Made by a program: the position numbers and the translations under genes. Below are positions 1-8,931 of a stretch of 46,891 nt of DNA, in pieces. Source of the DNA: a bacterium (GTDB taxonomy: Bacteria; Patescibacteriota; Minisyncoccia; UBA6257; GWB1-50-10); assembly GCA_002686365.1 (NCBI GenBank), contig NZBZ01000015.1, positions 1 to 46,891 of the forward strand, given 5' to 3'. The number at the start of each line of letters is the position of its first letter. The first letter of the stretch is position 1. Below the pieces are notes generated by a model, which saw only the letters and a list, made by a program, of their open reading frames with translations, had not been told where the DNA came from and did not search any database.

Positions 1-9
1 CATCGGGTT

Positions 10-318
10 TTGTATAGGGTTGTCGAGTTTTTTCGGCACTGGTATGTGAAAGGGTTTCGGATTTATTGGAACTTTATTGTTCATGCGCTTCATGCGTTTG
101 ATCAGGTTTTTGCGTGGAAGATTACTTTGAAGCATGTTTTTGAGCCTTTGTATAAGGATTACTCGGCAGTAGGGTATGCGCTTGGGATTCCTTTTCGTAT
201 TGGAAGGATTATTTTGGGCAGCATTGTGTATGTTCTCTTTCTTTTTGCTGCCGGAATAGTTTATCTTCTTTGGCTTTTAATTCCTCCGTACATACTTATA
301 AGGATTATTATGGGGTGA
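10..318 (+). CDS. Small hypothetical membrane protein upstream of the Clp ATPase (true start may lie outside the window)
   Basis: Hydrophobic ORF open from the window edge, co-oriented and ending 11 nt before the likely Clp start. Confidence 0.7.
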   Translation: MYRVVEFFRHWYVKGFRIYWNFIVHALHAFDQVFAWKITLKHVFEPLYKDYSAVGYALGIPFRIGRIILGSIVYVLFLFAAGIVYLLWLLIPPYILIRIIMG

Positions 319-329
319 TTATATTTTCT

Positions 330-2852
330 ATGCGCAAAGATAATTTACAAGATAGATTGTATTTTCAAAACTTGCGGCTGCAGCTTGCCGGGTCTGGGGA
401 GTTTTTGGTCCGGCTTCTTTCTTATTCTTCATATATTCTTTTAGTTGTTGGAACGGCTGCTCTCTTTTTTTCCGGAGTTCCCCGGTTTCGATGGCTTGGC
501 ATTTTTCTTATTCTTTTTTTGATAGATAGACTAATGCATCTTGGAGAGGGTGAGCGGTCAGTTTCGAATGCTCTTAGGTCCAAAGGAAATGAGAAGATTA
601 ATACTGCTCTTTTCTTTTCTCCTGCCTCTTTTCGCATTCTTTCTTGGGCGTTTCGGCATGCTGGGACAACAGGAAGGGATTTTTCTTTAATTCTTCTTAA
701 GGAGTTTTCAGAAAGGAATGAGGCGACTCGGGTTTTTCGCAGGCTTGGTGTCTCGCAGCAGAAGTTTTCGAAAAAACTTCAGGAGCTTTTGGATAAGCCC
801 TTAGAAAATGCTCAGGGTGATTTGTTTCCTCTTGCGGAGCGTGTGGCGTGTGAGGCGTTTCTTGTTGCCTGCCGTACTCATGAGACCTACATCCGGCCGC
901 GTACGCTTTTTGCTGCAGTTGCGCTTTCTAAGGCCCCTTCAGTCCAGGCTTTATTTCGGGCGCTTAATGTTTCGATTCCTGATGTTCAGGAGGCAGTTCT
1001 TATGGGAAGGTATACGCGTGAATTTTCTACTCTTCGTAAAATGCCTCTTGCTTTAGGAGGTTTTACCCGTCCTTCGCGGCTCCGGCGGAATCGATCTATG
1101 AATCGGGCGTGGACTGCAAAGCCAACTCCTACGCTTGATCAGTTCAGCAGGGATTTGACTCAGCTTGCTCGGTCTGAAAAAATCGGATTTCTTATAGGTC
1201 ATAGTGAGGAGTATGAGCAGATGCTTGACGCCCTTTCTCGTCCTGGAAAGCCGAATGCGATTCTTGTTGGAGATCCTGGGGTAGGGAAGACTACTCTTTT
1301 GCATCACCTTGCCTATAGGATTGTGCATGATGATGTGCCTAAATCTTTATTTGATATGCGTGTGGTTTTGCTTAATGTTTCTCAGATTTTGTCAGATGCT
1401 TCTCCGGATGAAGTTTCCGGACGTCTTACTCGTATTGCGGATGAAATTATTGTATCTGGGAATGTAGTTGTGTTTGTACCGCGTATTCATGATTTGTTTA
1501 AGGCGTCAGAGGGAGGAGGTCCTAGTCCTATAGATGTTTTTTTGCCTGTAGTGCAGAGCGGGGCGATTCCTCTTGTTGGAGAAACTTATTCTAGGGAGTT
1601 TACGCAATTGGTGGAGCCGAGGTCTGATTTTGTAGAGCAATTTGAGGTTGTTCGAGTCGAGGAGATGGATAAGGAGGAGGCGCTTAGGTTTTTGGCTTAT
1701 ACTGCGCTTGTTTTAGAGCGGGAGTTTCGTGTGTTTGTGACGGTGAAGGCTTTGCGGCGCGTGGTTGAGGTTGCAGAGCGGTATATTACGAATAAGCCTT
1801 TGCCTGCGTCCGCGGTTGATCTTTTAAAAGAATCTCTTGGCCGCGCAGCTCGGTCAAAGAAGGAATCTCTTTTAGAGAGTATGGTAGAGAGTATTGCGGA
1901 GGAGGAGTTAAAGATGCCAATCCATGTTGCTAAGGAGGGTGAGGCAGAGGGTCTTCTCCATTTGGAGGACACGATTCATAAGCGTTTGATTAATCAGGAT
2001 GAGGCAGTTGCAGCAGTGTCAGAAGCGCTTCGGCAGTATCGCAGCGGTCTCTCCAGGCAGGAAGGGCCTATTGCCGCGTTTCTCTTTGTGGGTCCGACTG
2101 GGGTGGGGAAGACGGAACTTTCTAAGATTTTAGCTGAAGTGCAGTTTGGATCTAGGAATACTATTCGGCGGTATGATATGTCTGAGTATCAGGATCGGTC
2201 TAGTACGTTTCGATTAATTGGTACGCCAGACGGAAAGACGACCGGAGATTTGACTGATACAATACGGGAGCATCCTTACAGCCTGATTCTTTTGGATGAG
2301 TTTGAGAAGGCGCATCCGGACATTTTGAACCTTTTTCTTCAGGTTTTTGATGATGGGCGGCTTACTGATAGTTTGGGCCGTACTGTGGATTTTCAGAATA
2401 CGATTATTGTTGCAACTTCAAATGCCCACTCTGATTTTATTAAGACTGAGATTGAGAGGGGGATGGGAGCAATGGATATTGCGGATGAGTTAAAGCAGAA
2501 ACTTACCGAATATTTTAAGCCCGAGCTTATCAATCGGTTTTCAGATATTATTGTGTTTAGGGATTTGAACAAGGAGGAGATTTACTCTGTTGCAAAAATT
2601 CTTTTGGGAAATCTTCAGCGCCGGCTTCAGGAAGCGCAGGGAATTGATTTGCTTTTTGATGATAGTGCGGTTCGAGAGATTGCTCGGCTTGGGTATAGCA
2701 AGGTGTTTGGCGCTCGTCCGCTTCGGAAGACTATTTCTAAAGAGATTCGCGGACAGTTGGCTCGGATGGTTTTGAAAAATGAGGTTAGTAGGGGTGGGAA
2801 CATACGGGTTTCTTTTATTCAGGGCGGATTTAGATTTGATACAATAGAATAG
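330..2852 (+). CDS. ClpA/ClpC-family AAA+ ATPase with N-terminal transmembrane segments
   Basis: Walker A motifs GDPGVGKT and GPTGVGKT, LLDEFEKAHPD, DDGRLTD, FKPELINR, GARPLR; ATG at 330 preferred over TTG at 270. Confidence 0.9.
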   Translation: MRKDNLQDRLYFQNLRLQLAGSGEFLVRLLSYSSYILLVVGTAALFFSGVPRFRWLGIFLILFLIDRLMHLGEGERSVSNALRSKGNEKINTALFFSPASFRILSWAFRHAGTTGRDFSLILLKEFSERNEATRVFRRLGVSQQKFSKKLQELLDKPLENAQGDLFPLAERVACEAFLVACRTHETYIRPRTLFAAVALSKAPSVQALFRALNVSIPDVQEAVLMGRYTREFSTLRKMPLALGGFTRPSRLRRNRSMNRAWTAKPTPTLDQFSRDLTQLARSEKIGFLIGHSEEYEQMLDALSRPGKPNAILVGDPGVGKTTLLHHLAYRIVHDDVPKSLFDMRVVLLNVSQILSDASPDEVSGRLTRIADEIIVSGNVVVFVPRIHDLFKASEGGGPSPIDVFLPVVQSGAIPLVGETYSREFTQLVEPRSDFVEQFEVVRVEEMDKEEALRFLAYTALVLEREFRVFVTVKALRRVVEVAERYITNKPLPASAVDLLKESLGRAARSKKESLLESMVESIAEEELKMPIHVAKEGEAEGLLHLEDTIHKRLINQDEAVAAVSEALRQYRSGLSRQEGPIAAFLFVGPTGVGKTELSKILAEVQFGSRNTIRRYDMSEYQDRSSTFRLIGTPDGKTTGDLTDTIREHPYSLILLDEFEKAHPDILNLFLQVFDDGRLTDSLGRTVDFQNTIIVATSNAHSDFIKTEIERGMGAMDIADELKQKLTEYFKPELINRFSDIIVFRDLNKEEIYSVAKILLGNLQRRLQEAQGIDLLFDDSAVREIARLGYSKVFGARPLRKTISKEIRGQLARMVLKNEVSRGGNIRVSFIQGGFRFDTIE

Positions 2853-2861
2853 TCTATATGA

Positions 2862-2964
2862 ATCCCTCACATAATATACAATTGATACAATGTGTTTATG
2901 GTCGGGAGCGCTATATAGTAACTGGCACACAAGAATTTCTTGAGGTGTTAATTATGTGAGGGAT
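2862..2964. repeat. Inverted-repeat element ATCCCTCACATAAT...ATTATGTGAGGGAT (copy 1)
   Basis: Perfect 14-bp inverted repeat at 2862-2875 and 2951-2964; related ends at 16826-16886 and 24413-24442. Confidence 0.8.
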
Positions 2965-3631
2965 GAAAAAGTTATTGCCAATTGATGTGAAGAAGATATT
3001 TGACGTGAATCGCGTTGTTAAGCTTTTCATCATGTCTGACTTTATGTTTTTGGGCGGGTGGGGACTTATCGCTCCTATCTTCGCTATTTTTGTTGTTCAG
3101 GAGATAGACGGCGCAACGATTGTTACTGTTGGAGCGGTTGCTGCAGTGTATTGGTTTGTGAAGGCAATTGTGCAGCTGCCCGTTGCGCTCTATTTGGACA
3201 AGAAGGAGGGGGAGCGTGATGATTTTCACTCTCTTATTTTTAGCCTTTTGCTTTCCGGGCTCGCTTCGTTTTCATTTTTAGTTGTGCAGAGTATTCCCGC
3301 GCTCTTTTTGGTTATATTTTTGAAGGGAGTTGCATTTGGATTTTATACTCCGGCATGGGCTGCGATTTTTTCCCGACATTTAGATAAGAAGAGATATGCG
3401 TTTGATTGGTCTTTGGATCATGCGTCTATTGCATTTGCATCAGGTCTTGCTGGGCTTACTGGAGGAGTGCTTGCAAGTGTTTTTGGTTTTCAGGCAGTAT
3501 TTATTTTTGCAGGAGTTCTTTCATTTGGAAGCGTGATGCTTCTTTTGTCTGTGCCTCAGTTTGTCTTGCCTGGGCCGTCTCAAAAGAAGAGGATTATTCG
3601 CGATCATACTCCTCATAATATTCAGCACTAA
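2963..3631 (+). CDS. MFS-family transporter (half-size, about 6 TM)
   Basis: Hydrophobic helices, GGWGLIAPIFAIF, GGVLASVFGFQAVF. Confidence 0.8.
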   Translation: MKKLLPIDVKKIFDVNRVVKLFIMSDFMFLGGWGLIAPIFAIFVVQEIDGATIVTVGAVAAVYWFVKAIVQLPVALYLDKKEGERDDFHSLIFSLLLSGLASFSFLVVQSIPALFLVIFLKGVAFGFYTPAWAAIFSRHLDKKRYAFDWSLDHASIAFASGLAGLTGGVLASVFGFQAVFIFAGVLSFGSVMLLLSVPQFVLPGPSQKKRIIRDHTPHNIQH

Positions 3632-3632
3632 A

Positions 3633-3667
3633 TTAGGATATAGGACTTAGGATATAGGATTTAGGAT
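3633..3667. repeat. 7-mer tandem repeat (WTAGGAY) x5
   Basis: TTAGGAT ATAGGAC TTAGGAT ATAGGAT TTAGGAT immediately after the MFS stop. Confidence 0.9.
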
Positions 3668-3693
3668 GTGAATTTGGCGAGAGCTGGTTTTGT

Positions 3694-3756
3694 CCCGGTA
3701 GTAGAAACTCGATTCGCTCTTTCGGAGCGTGGAAAGTATCGAGTTTCACTGCCGGG
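3694..3756. repeat. REP-like long hairpin
   Basis: cccggtagt-a-gaaactcgat...atcgagtttc-actgccggg with inner cgctc-tttcg-gagcg stem. Confidence 0.7.
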
Positions 3757-3792
3757 CTTTGTTTTGGTTTTGTGTCGTATTACAATGAAAGA

Positions 3793-4359
3793 ATGAGTAA
3801 GGAAGTTTCAGCTGGAATTATTATTTATAGACGAACTCGGGAGGGGCCGAAGTATTTGATTTTGTATCAGAAGAATCGGTATTGGAATTTTCCAAAAGGG
3901 AAGCTCGAGGAGAAGGAGCGGAGTTTTCGTGCGGCAATTCGGGAGGTGAAGGAGGAGACTGGGATAAATTATAAAGACCTGCGGTTTCGAGATTATTTTA
4001 AGGCGTATGATAGGTTCGTGTTTATGCGGGAGGGCAAGAAGGTTTCTAAGCTTGTGATGTTTTATTTGGCAGAATCAAATACGTCTCGCGTGAGAATTGA
4101 GGATGAGCACGATGGGTATGTGTGGCTTTTGTATCCAGATGCAATTGGGCTTATGAAGTATAAGAATCTGAAGGATATTTTGAAGAAAGCAAATGATGTT
4201 GTCATTCGGCGAGCTCATGATAAATTTTCAAAAAAAAGTACTGGAGGTGGTCAAAAAGGTGCCTCGCGGCCGCGTCACCACGTACGCCGCAGTCGCCCGC
4301 GCCGCAGGCCGGCCCAAGGCAGTGCAAGTCGTAAACAGCATCCTCCACAAAAATCCTAA
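3793..4359 (+). CDS. NUDIX hydrolase (Ap4A hydrolase-like) with Arg-rich C-terminal tail
   Basis: SAGIII, WNFPKG and NUDIX box GKLEEKERSFRAAIREVKEETG. Confidence 0.88.
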   Translation: MSKEVSAGIIIYRRTREGPKYLILYQKNRYWNFPKGKLEEKERSFRAAIREVKEETGINYKDLRFRDYFKAYDRFVFMREGKKVSKLVMFYLAESNTSRVRIEDEHDGYVWLLYPDAIGLMKYKNLKDILKKANDVVIRRAHDKFSKKSTGGGQKGASRPRHHVRRSRPRRRPAQGSASRKQHPPQKS

Positions 4360-4364
4360 TAAAT

Positions 4365-4393
4365 AAAAAAGCCCTGCCTTAGCGGGACTTTTT
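4365..4393. terminator. Bidirectional intrinsic terminator between NUDIX gene and rplT
   Basis: A-run, GC-rich imperfect hairpin gccctgccttagcgggac, T-run between convergent genes. Confidence 0.65.
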
Positions 4394-4394
4394 C

Positions 4395-4742
4395 TTATTT
4401 CTTTACCTCCTCTACGATTTTCTCAAGTGTCTTTGGTTCTTCGCGGGCGATTTGAGAGAGGACTTTTCTGTTCAGAGTAATATTCTTTTTCTTTAAGGCA
4501 TTTATAAATTCGCTGTACTTCATGCCATGCTCGCGAACTGCTGCGTTTATCTGGACATTCCATAGTCTGCGATATTCTCGCTTTTTTTCTTTTCGTCCTC
4601 GGAATGCATTGCTCCATGCATGAAGAAGCGCTTCTTTTGCGAGTCGTTCTTTTGATTTCCTTCCCCACCTGAATCCTTTTGCCTGCTTTAGGATTTTTTC
4701 CCTCTTCTTATGAGCTTGTGTCCCTCGTTTTACTCTTGGCAT
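4395..4742 (-). CDS. rplT: 50S ribosomal protein L20
   Basis: MPRVKRG...KQAKGFRWGR...RRLWNVQINAAVR...NRKVLSQIA. Confidence 0.98.
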   Translation of the reverse strand: MPRVKRGTQAHKKREKILKQAKGFRWGRKSKERLAKEALLHAWSNAFRGRKEKKREYRRLWNVQINAAVREHGMKYSEFINALKKKNITLNRKVLSQIAREEPKTLEKIVEEVKK

Positions 4743-4746
4743 ATGG

Positions 4747-4920
4747 TTATTTTAGATTTTTATTAATGACTTTTGCTGAAAGGCCTAGGCGTCTATTTCC
4801 CCGTTTTCGAAGGAGCTGTTTTGAGCTTTTATTGGTTTTTGAGTGGCCTAAACCCATAGGTCGTCTTTTCACCTTTCCGCGTTTTGTAATTTTTATTCTT
4901 TTGGTAATGCTTTTTTTCAT
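4747..4920 (-). CDS. rpmI: 50S ribosomal protein L35 (not in ORF track, 57 aa)
   Basis: Hand translation MKKSITKRIKITKRGKVKRRPMGLGHSKTNKSSKQLLRKRG...; lies between infC and rplT. Confidence 0.93.
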   Translation of the reverse strand: MKKSITKRIKITKRGKVKRRPMGLGHSKTNKSSKQLLRKRGNRRLGLSAKVINKNLK

Positions 4921-4945
4921 ATTTACGAATGATTTTTTGATAGAC

Positions 4946-5500
4946 CTACTTAGAGAAAATTTGAATTGCGAATCCTCTTCCCATGAATTTTGGAGGTCCT
5001 GATTTTTGTATTGGTGTTTCCACCTTTTTTATAAATTCATCCAGTTTTTTCAGTCCCCATGCCTGGTGCGCCTTCTCTCTTCCTTTTAGAAATAGGTTTA
5101 TTTCTACTCTATGTCCTTTTTCTAGGAATGAGTGCGCTTGCTTTAATTTCACCTCAAGGTCGTGTTCTCCCATTCTTGGGGTGATGCGTACATGCTTTAG
5201 TTCTTTTGTTTTTTGCTCGTTCTGTTCTTTTTTTAGTTCTTTCGTTTTTTGGTATCGAAATTTGTCGAAGCTGATTATTTTTGTGACTGGCGGTTTTGCT
5301 TTGGGGGATACTTCTATAAGATCTATCCCTTTTTCCATTGCCATCTTTAACGCTTCCTCAATGGGGAAGGTTCCGAGGTTTTTTCCATCTTCTCCCAGCA
5401 CGCGCACTTCTTTTGCAATGATATTCTGATTTATTTTATTGTTGATTTTCAGGACGGGTCTTCTTTTTTTCCATCTGCCGCCCCTTCTTCTTCTTATCAA
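4946..5500 (-). CDS. infC: Translation initiation factor IF-3
   Basis: INQNIIAKEVRVLG, DLIEVSPKAKPPVTKI, FLKGREKAH; non-ATG start typical of infC. Confidence 0.96.
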   Translation of the reverse strand: MIRRRRGGRWKKRRPVLKINNKINQNIIAKEVRVLGEDGKNLGTFPIEEALKMAMEKGIDLIEVSPKAKPPVTKIISFDKFRYQKTKELKKEQNEQKTKELKHVRITPRMGEHDLEVKLKQAHSFLEKGHRVEINLFLKGREKAHQAWGLKKLDEFIKKVETPIQKSGPPKFMGRGFAIQIFSK

Positions 5501-5545
5501 GGTATTTAGATACTACTATATATATTGCTTTGTTGTCTATTTTAG

Positions 5546-5877
5546 TGGAGGTGGCGAGAATTGAACTCGCGTCCGAAAGGTGTTTGGGAAACTTTCTACG
5601 AGCGTAGTCTTTAGAAGACAATGGTTGGTCTCATTGATTTAACCGCAGATATTGAGACCGAATTACTGCGGCGAACTCCAGGTATAACACCGGAGAATCC
5701 TCTATGGAGCCTTGAGGTCCGATGCCCCAATTATATATTGGGGGTCACTAGCTTACGCGTAAGCGTATGCTGGTGCTGCAGTTTTGTTTGCAGTTATTAG
5801 TTTTGAGGAGTTTTACGAGTTCATCAGCTCGGCTCGCAGTTTCTCAAGCATGATTTTCGTCAAAGCCTAGCACCCCC
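5546..5877 (-). ncRNA. ssrA: tmRNA; tag peptide (A)ANKTAAPAYAYA* at 5791-5753
   Basis: 5' GGGGGUG pairs with 3' CACCUCC-A including G3-U wobble; T-arm GCGAG-UUCAAUU-CUCGC; AUAACU-GCA resume context; adjacent to smpB; CCA not encoded. Confidence 0.95.
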
Positions 5878-6329
5878 TATTTTATATTCCGCCGGCTAGC
5901 GGAGCGGATTTCTCTTTTTGCTTCTCGCTTTTTAATGAGCTCGCGCTTATCGTGCTTTTTTCTTCCGCGTGCAAGAGCAATATCGATTTTTATTTTTCCG
6001 CGCACATTATCATACAGTTTTATCGGCACTATTGTCAATCCTGATTGAGTTTTGCCGAAAAGATAAGATATTTCGCTTTTTTTAAGTAAGAGTCGTAGTG
6101 TTCTTCCGGATTTGAAGTTTTCCGGCTCATTTCCGGGCTGGAATGAGGATATTTCCATTCCTATAAGGAATGCCTCGCCTTTTCGTATTATTACGTGTGC
6201 TCCACTCAAAGAAACACCTCTTTTTTTAAGGGATTTTACTTCATGTCCGATTAGTTCGAGGCCTGCTGTGCATGTGTCTAAAATTTCATAGTCGAATTTT
6301 GCGCGTTTGTTTATTGCTATTTCTGCCAT
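5877..6329 (-). CDS. smpB: SsrA-binding protein SmpB
   Basis: NKRAKFDYEI, AGLELIGHEVKS, LLLKKSEI, RGRKKHDKRE. Confidence 0.97.
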   Translation of the reverse strand: MAEIAINKRAKFDYEILDTCTAGLELIGHEVKSLKKRGVSLSGAHVIIRKGEAFLIGMEISSFQPGNEPENFKSGRTLRLLLKKSEISYLFGKTQSGLTIVPIKLYDNVRGKIKIDIALARGRKKHDKRELIKKREAKREIRSASRRNIK

Positions 6330-6402
6330 GCTTGCATTCTAGCGTGGATTTAGGGGGATGTCAGCTTTTCATCTTCCTCAAGCTAGGGTAGTATTTTCGT
6401 AT

Positions 6403-8103
6403 ATGAGAGATGTTGTTTTGAGTAAGGTTCAGGAGGTTGTTCCCGGCAGCTTCCGAGATCAAGTTGAGGTTTCTGTTTCAGAGAGTGTGGAGCACGGGCA
6501 TTACTCTACGAATGTCGCGTTTTTGATTGCTAAGGAAGAGAAGAAATCACCCTCGGATGTTGCTCGTGTTTTGGCAAAGAAGATAGAGGAAGCAGATTCG
6601 AAGAATGTGTTTGAGAAGGTTGATACTGCTGGGGCTGGGTTTATTAATTTTTTTCTTTCTAAGGAATTGCTTGGTGAGACAGTGAAGGAGATTTTGAAGA
6701 AGGGTGAGAAGTTTGGGCAAGGCAGGAAAAAGAAAGAGACAATTGTGATTGAGTATTCCTCTCCTAATATCGCAAAGCCATTAGGGGTTCATCATTTGCG
6801 CTCTACGATTATTGGTCAGGCATTGGTTGATATTTTGAGATTTGAGGGATATAAGGTTGTATCTTTGAGCTTCCCCGGGGATTGGGGTACGCAGTTTGGG
6901 CTTTTGATTGCGGGGTATAAGCAGTGGGGAGATGAGAAAAAGATTAAAGCGCATCCGATTGATGAGATGCTTCGGCTCTATGTAAAATTTTCTGCTGCTG
7001 CAAAGAAGAACCCGAAGCTTTTGGATGAGGGCAGGGCAGAGTTTAAGAAGCTGGAAGATGGAGATAAAGAGAACTTGAAACTCTGGAAATGGTTTTTAGA
7101 TGAGTCTCTTCAAGATTTTGAAAAGGTGTATGAGTTTTTGGGCATGAAGATAGAGAACACGATTGGAGAGAGTTATTACGAGAAAGAGCTAGATGGGATT
7201 GTAGAGGATGCTTTGAAAAAGGGAATTGCTAAAAAGGGTGATGATGAGTCAGTTGTGGTGTCTATTCCGGACAGTAAGACTCCGGAGATTATTCGAAAGT
7301 CGGATGGGGCTACTATTTATACAACTCGGGAGGTTGCCGCTATTAGACATCGTTTGAAGAAGTGGAAGGCAGATAAGATTTTGTATGTTGCTGCGAATCA
7401 GCAGACGTTTCATCTTGCCCAGGTCTTCAGGGTTGCCGAACTCATGGGCATAGCAAGGGCAAAGCAGTTGGGGCATGTGAAGTTTGGGATGATGTTTGGT
7501 CCTGGAGGGAAGAAGTTTGCTACGCGAGAGGGTCGGCTTATTCCGCTTATTGATGTGCTTGAAGATGCAGTGGGGCGGAGTCGGAAGGTTGTGGATGAGC
7601 TGAATCCTAAATTGTCGGATTCTAAGAAAGATGAAGTTGCTCACGCGGTTGGAGTTGGAGCTGTTAAGTTTTTTGATCTTTCGCAGAATCGGAAGAGCGA
7701 TATTATATTTGAGTGGGATAAGGCGTTGAGTTTGAAGGGTTCTACAGCGCCTTATATTCAGTATACGTATGCGCGCTTGAAGAGTATTTTGCGTAAGGCT
7801 GGAGGCGGTGCGAAAAAGTTTGATATTTCGCTTTTGAAGGAGCCGTCAGAAGAATTTTTGATAGCTCAGCTTTTGCATTTTTCGGAAGTTGTGGAGACTG
7901 CTGGTAATCGGTATGAGCCGCATATTATAGCAGAATATCTTTTGCGTTTGTCAGAAAAGATAAATACATTTTATCAGGCAGTGCCTGTGTTAAAGGCAGG
8001 GGGTGTTTTGCAGGAGTCCCGCCTCTCTCTTATTTTGGCTTCTACTATTATCTTGAAGAAGGGATTGAATCTTTTGGGTATTGAGGCTCCAGAAGAAATG
8101 TAG
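6403..8103 (+). CDS. argS: Arginine--tRNA ligase
   Basis: IEYSSPNIAKPLGVHHLRST, GDWGTQFG, KSDGATIY, PYIQYTYARLKSILRK, C-terminal GIEAPEEM. Confidence 0.97.
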   Translation: MRDVVLSKVQEVVPGSFRDQVEVSVSESVEHGHYSTNVAFLIAKEEKKSPSDVARVLAKKIEEADSKNVFEKVDTAGAGFINFFLSKELLGETVKEILKKGEKFGQGRKKKETIVIEYSSPNIAKPLGVHHLRSTIIGQALVDILRFEGYKVVSLSFPGDWGTQFGLLIAGYKQWGDEKKIKAHPIDEMLRLYVKFSAAAKKNPKLLDEGRAEFKKLEDGDKENLKLWKWFLDESLQDFEKVYEFLGMKIENTIGESYYEKELDGIVEDALKKGIAKKGDDESVVVSIPDSKTPEIIRKSDGATIYTTREVAAIRHRLKKWKADKILYVAANQQTFHLAQVFRVAELMGIARAKQLGHVKFGMMFGPGGKKFATREGRLIPLIDVLEDAVGRSRKVVDELNPKLSDSKKDEVAHAVGVGAVKFFDLSQNRKSDIIFEWDKALSLKGSTAPYIQYTYARLKSILRKAGGGAKKFDISLLKEPSEEFLIAQLLHFSEVVETAGNRYEPHIIAEYLLRLSEKINTFYQAVPVLKAGGVLQESRLSLILASTIILKKGLNLLGIEAPEEM

Positions 8104-8149
8104 AAAAAAAAGGACCGCTGTTTGCATGATGCTACTAGGCGGTTTTTTT
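8104..8149. terminator. Probable bidirectional terminator after argS
   Basis: A-run, accgc...gcggt stem, T-run; overlaps end of the convergent gene. Confidence 0.55.
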
Positions 8150-8818
8150 GTATCGGCACCAGAGGACGTGCGCGATTACGAAGATTGCGGTGAAGAGCAG
8201 GGAGGTGGTGCCTAGTGCTGTGCGTTTCAGCACGACAAAGCCATACATCGTCCAGGCCGCAGAGAGGAGTATGTGCACCTGCACCATCTTAATTTGGACA
8301 ACTCCTCTGCTTTTCTCCCTCCACATTAGGAATGGTTGTGTTGCGGCTGAGACAAGATTCCCTACGTTTAGGAAGAAGAAGGTAGTTTCTATGGCTTTTT
8401 CGTTTTGTGACACTGCTATCAGCGATGCGCAGCTGATTGTGTAGATGCCTAAGAGCAAGCCTTCTATTCTTACTCCTCTGTGCTTGATTAGCACCCACGT
8501 GTTTATGATTGCAGCTGGAAATGTGCATCCATTCAGGACAGTAAGGAAGCCGTTGGCGTGTATTCCGTAAAACATTGTCCCGAGTCTCACGAAGATTAGG
8601 TTGAGAAACCATGTTGTTGAAACGGCTTCTCCGCTTCTTTCTGTCCAAATCTTGTGAGCCTGGCTTCCGTGGCTTACGATGCGCAACATGATGAGTGTAG
8701 CTAAACTGAGGACGATGAACGTCTTCCGGTTTATCCCAAAGTCTTTGAATTCCTCGCAGCCTGTGAAGAATTCTAGACAGCCTGTGAAGAATTCTAGGAT
8801 CTCTGCCAGAATTGTCAC
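8135..8818 (-). CDS. PQ-loop/SWEET-like membrane protein (two repeats)
   Basis: Two related segments QAHKIWTERSGEAVS and QPFLMWREKSRGVVQ each followed by TM helices; AGGAG upstream of GTG. Confidence 0.6.
   Translation of the reverse strand: MTILAEILEFFTGCLEFFTGCEEFKDFGINRKTFIVLSLATLIMLRIVSHGSQAHKIWTERSGEAVSTTWFLNLIFVRLGTMFYGIHANGFLTVLNGCTFPAAIINTWVLIKHRGVRIEGLLLGIYTISCASLIAVSQNEKAIETTFFFLNVGNLVSAATQPFLMWREKSRGVVQIKMVQVHILLSAAWTMYGFVVLKRTALGTTSLLFTAIFVIAHVLWCRYKKTA
8757..8797. repeat. 21-bp tandem duplication encoding LEFFTGC x2
   Basis: cagcctgtgaagaattctaga cagcctgtgaagaattctag. Confidence 0.85.
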
Positions 8819-8931
8819 TTTGTGTCTCCTAGGTGTTGAGGGGGGCTGTGCTTTGTTTACTCCAGTTTTAGAGAGATTGCAAGGGTCTCAAAATTGAAGT
8901 AAGTGTTTTTGCCTGTTAGAATGGATTTATC

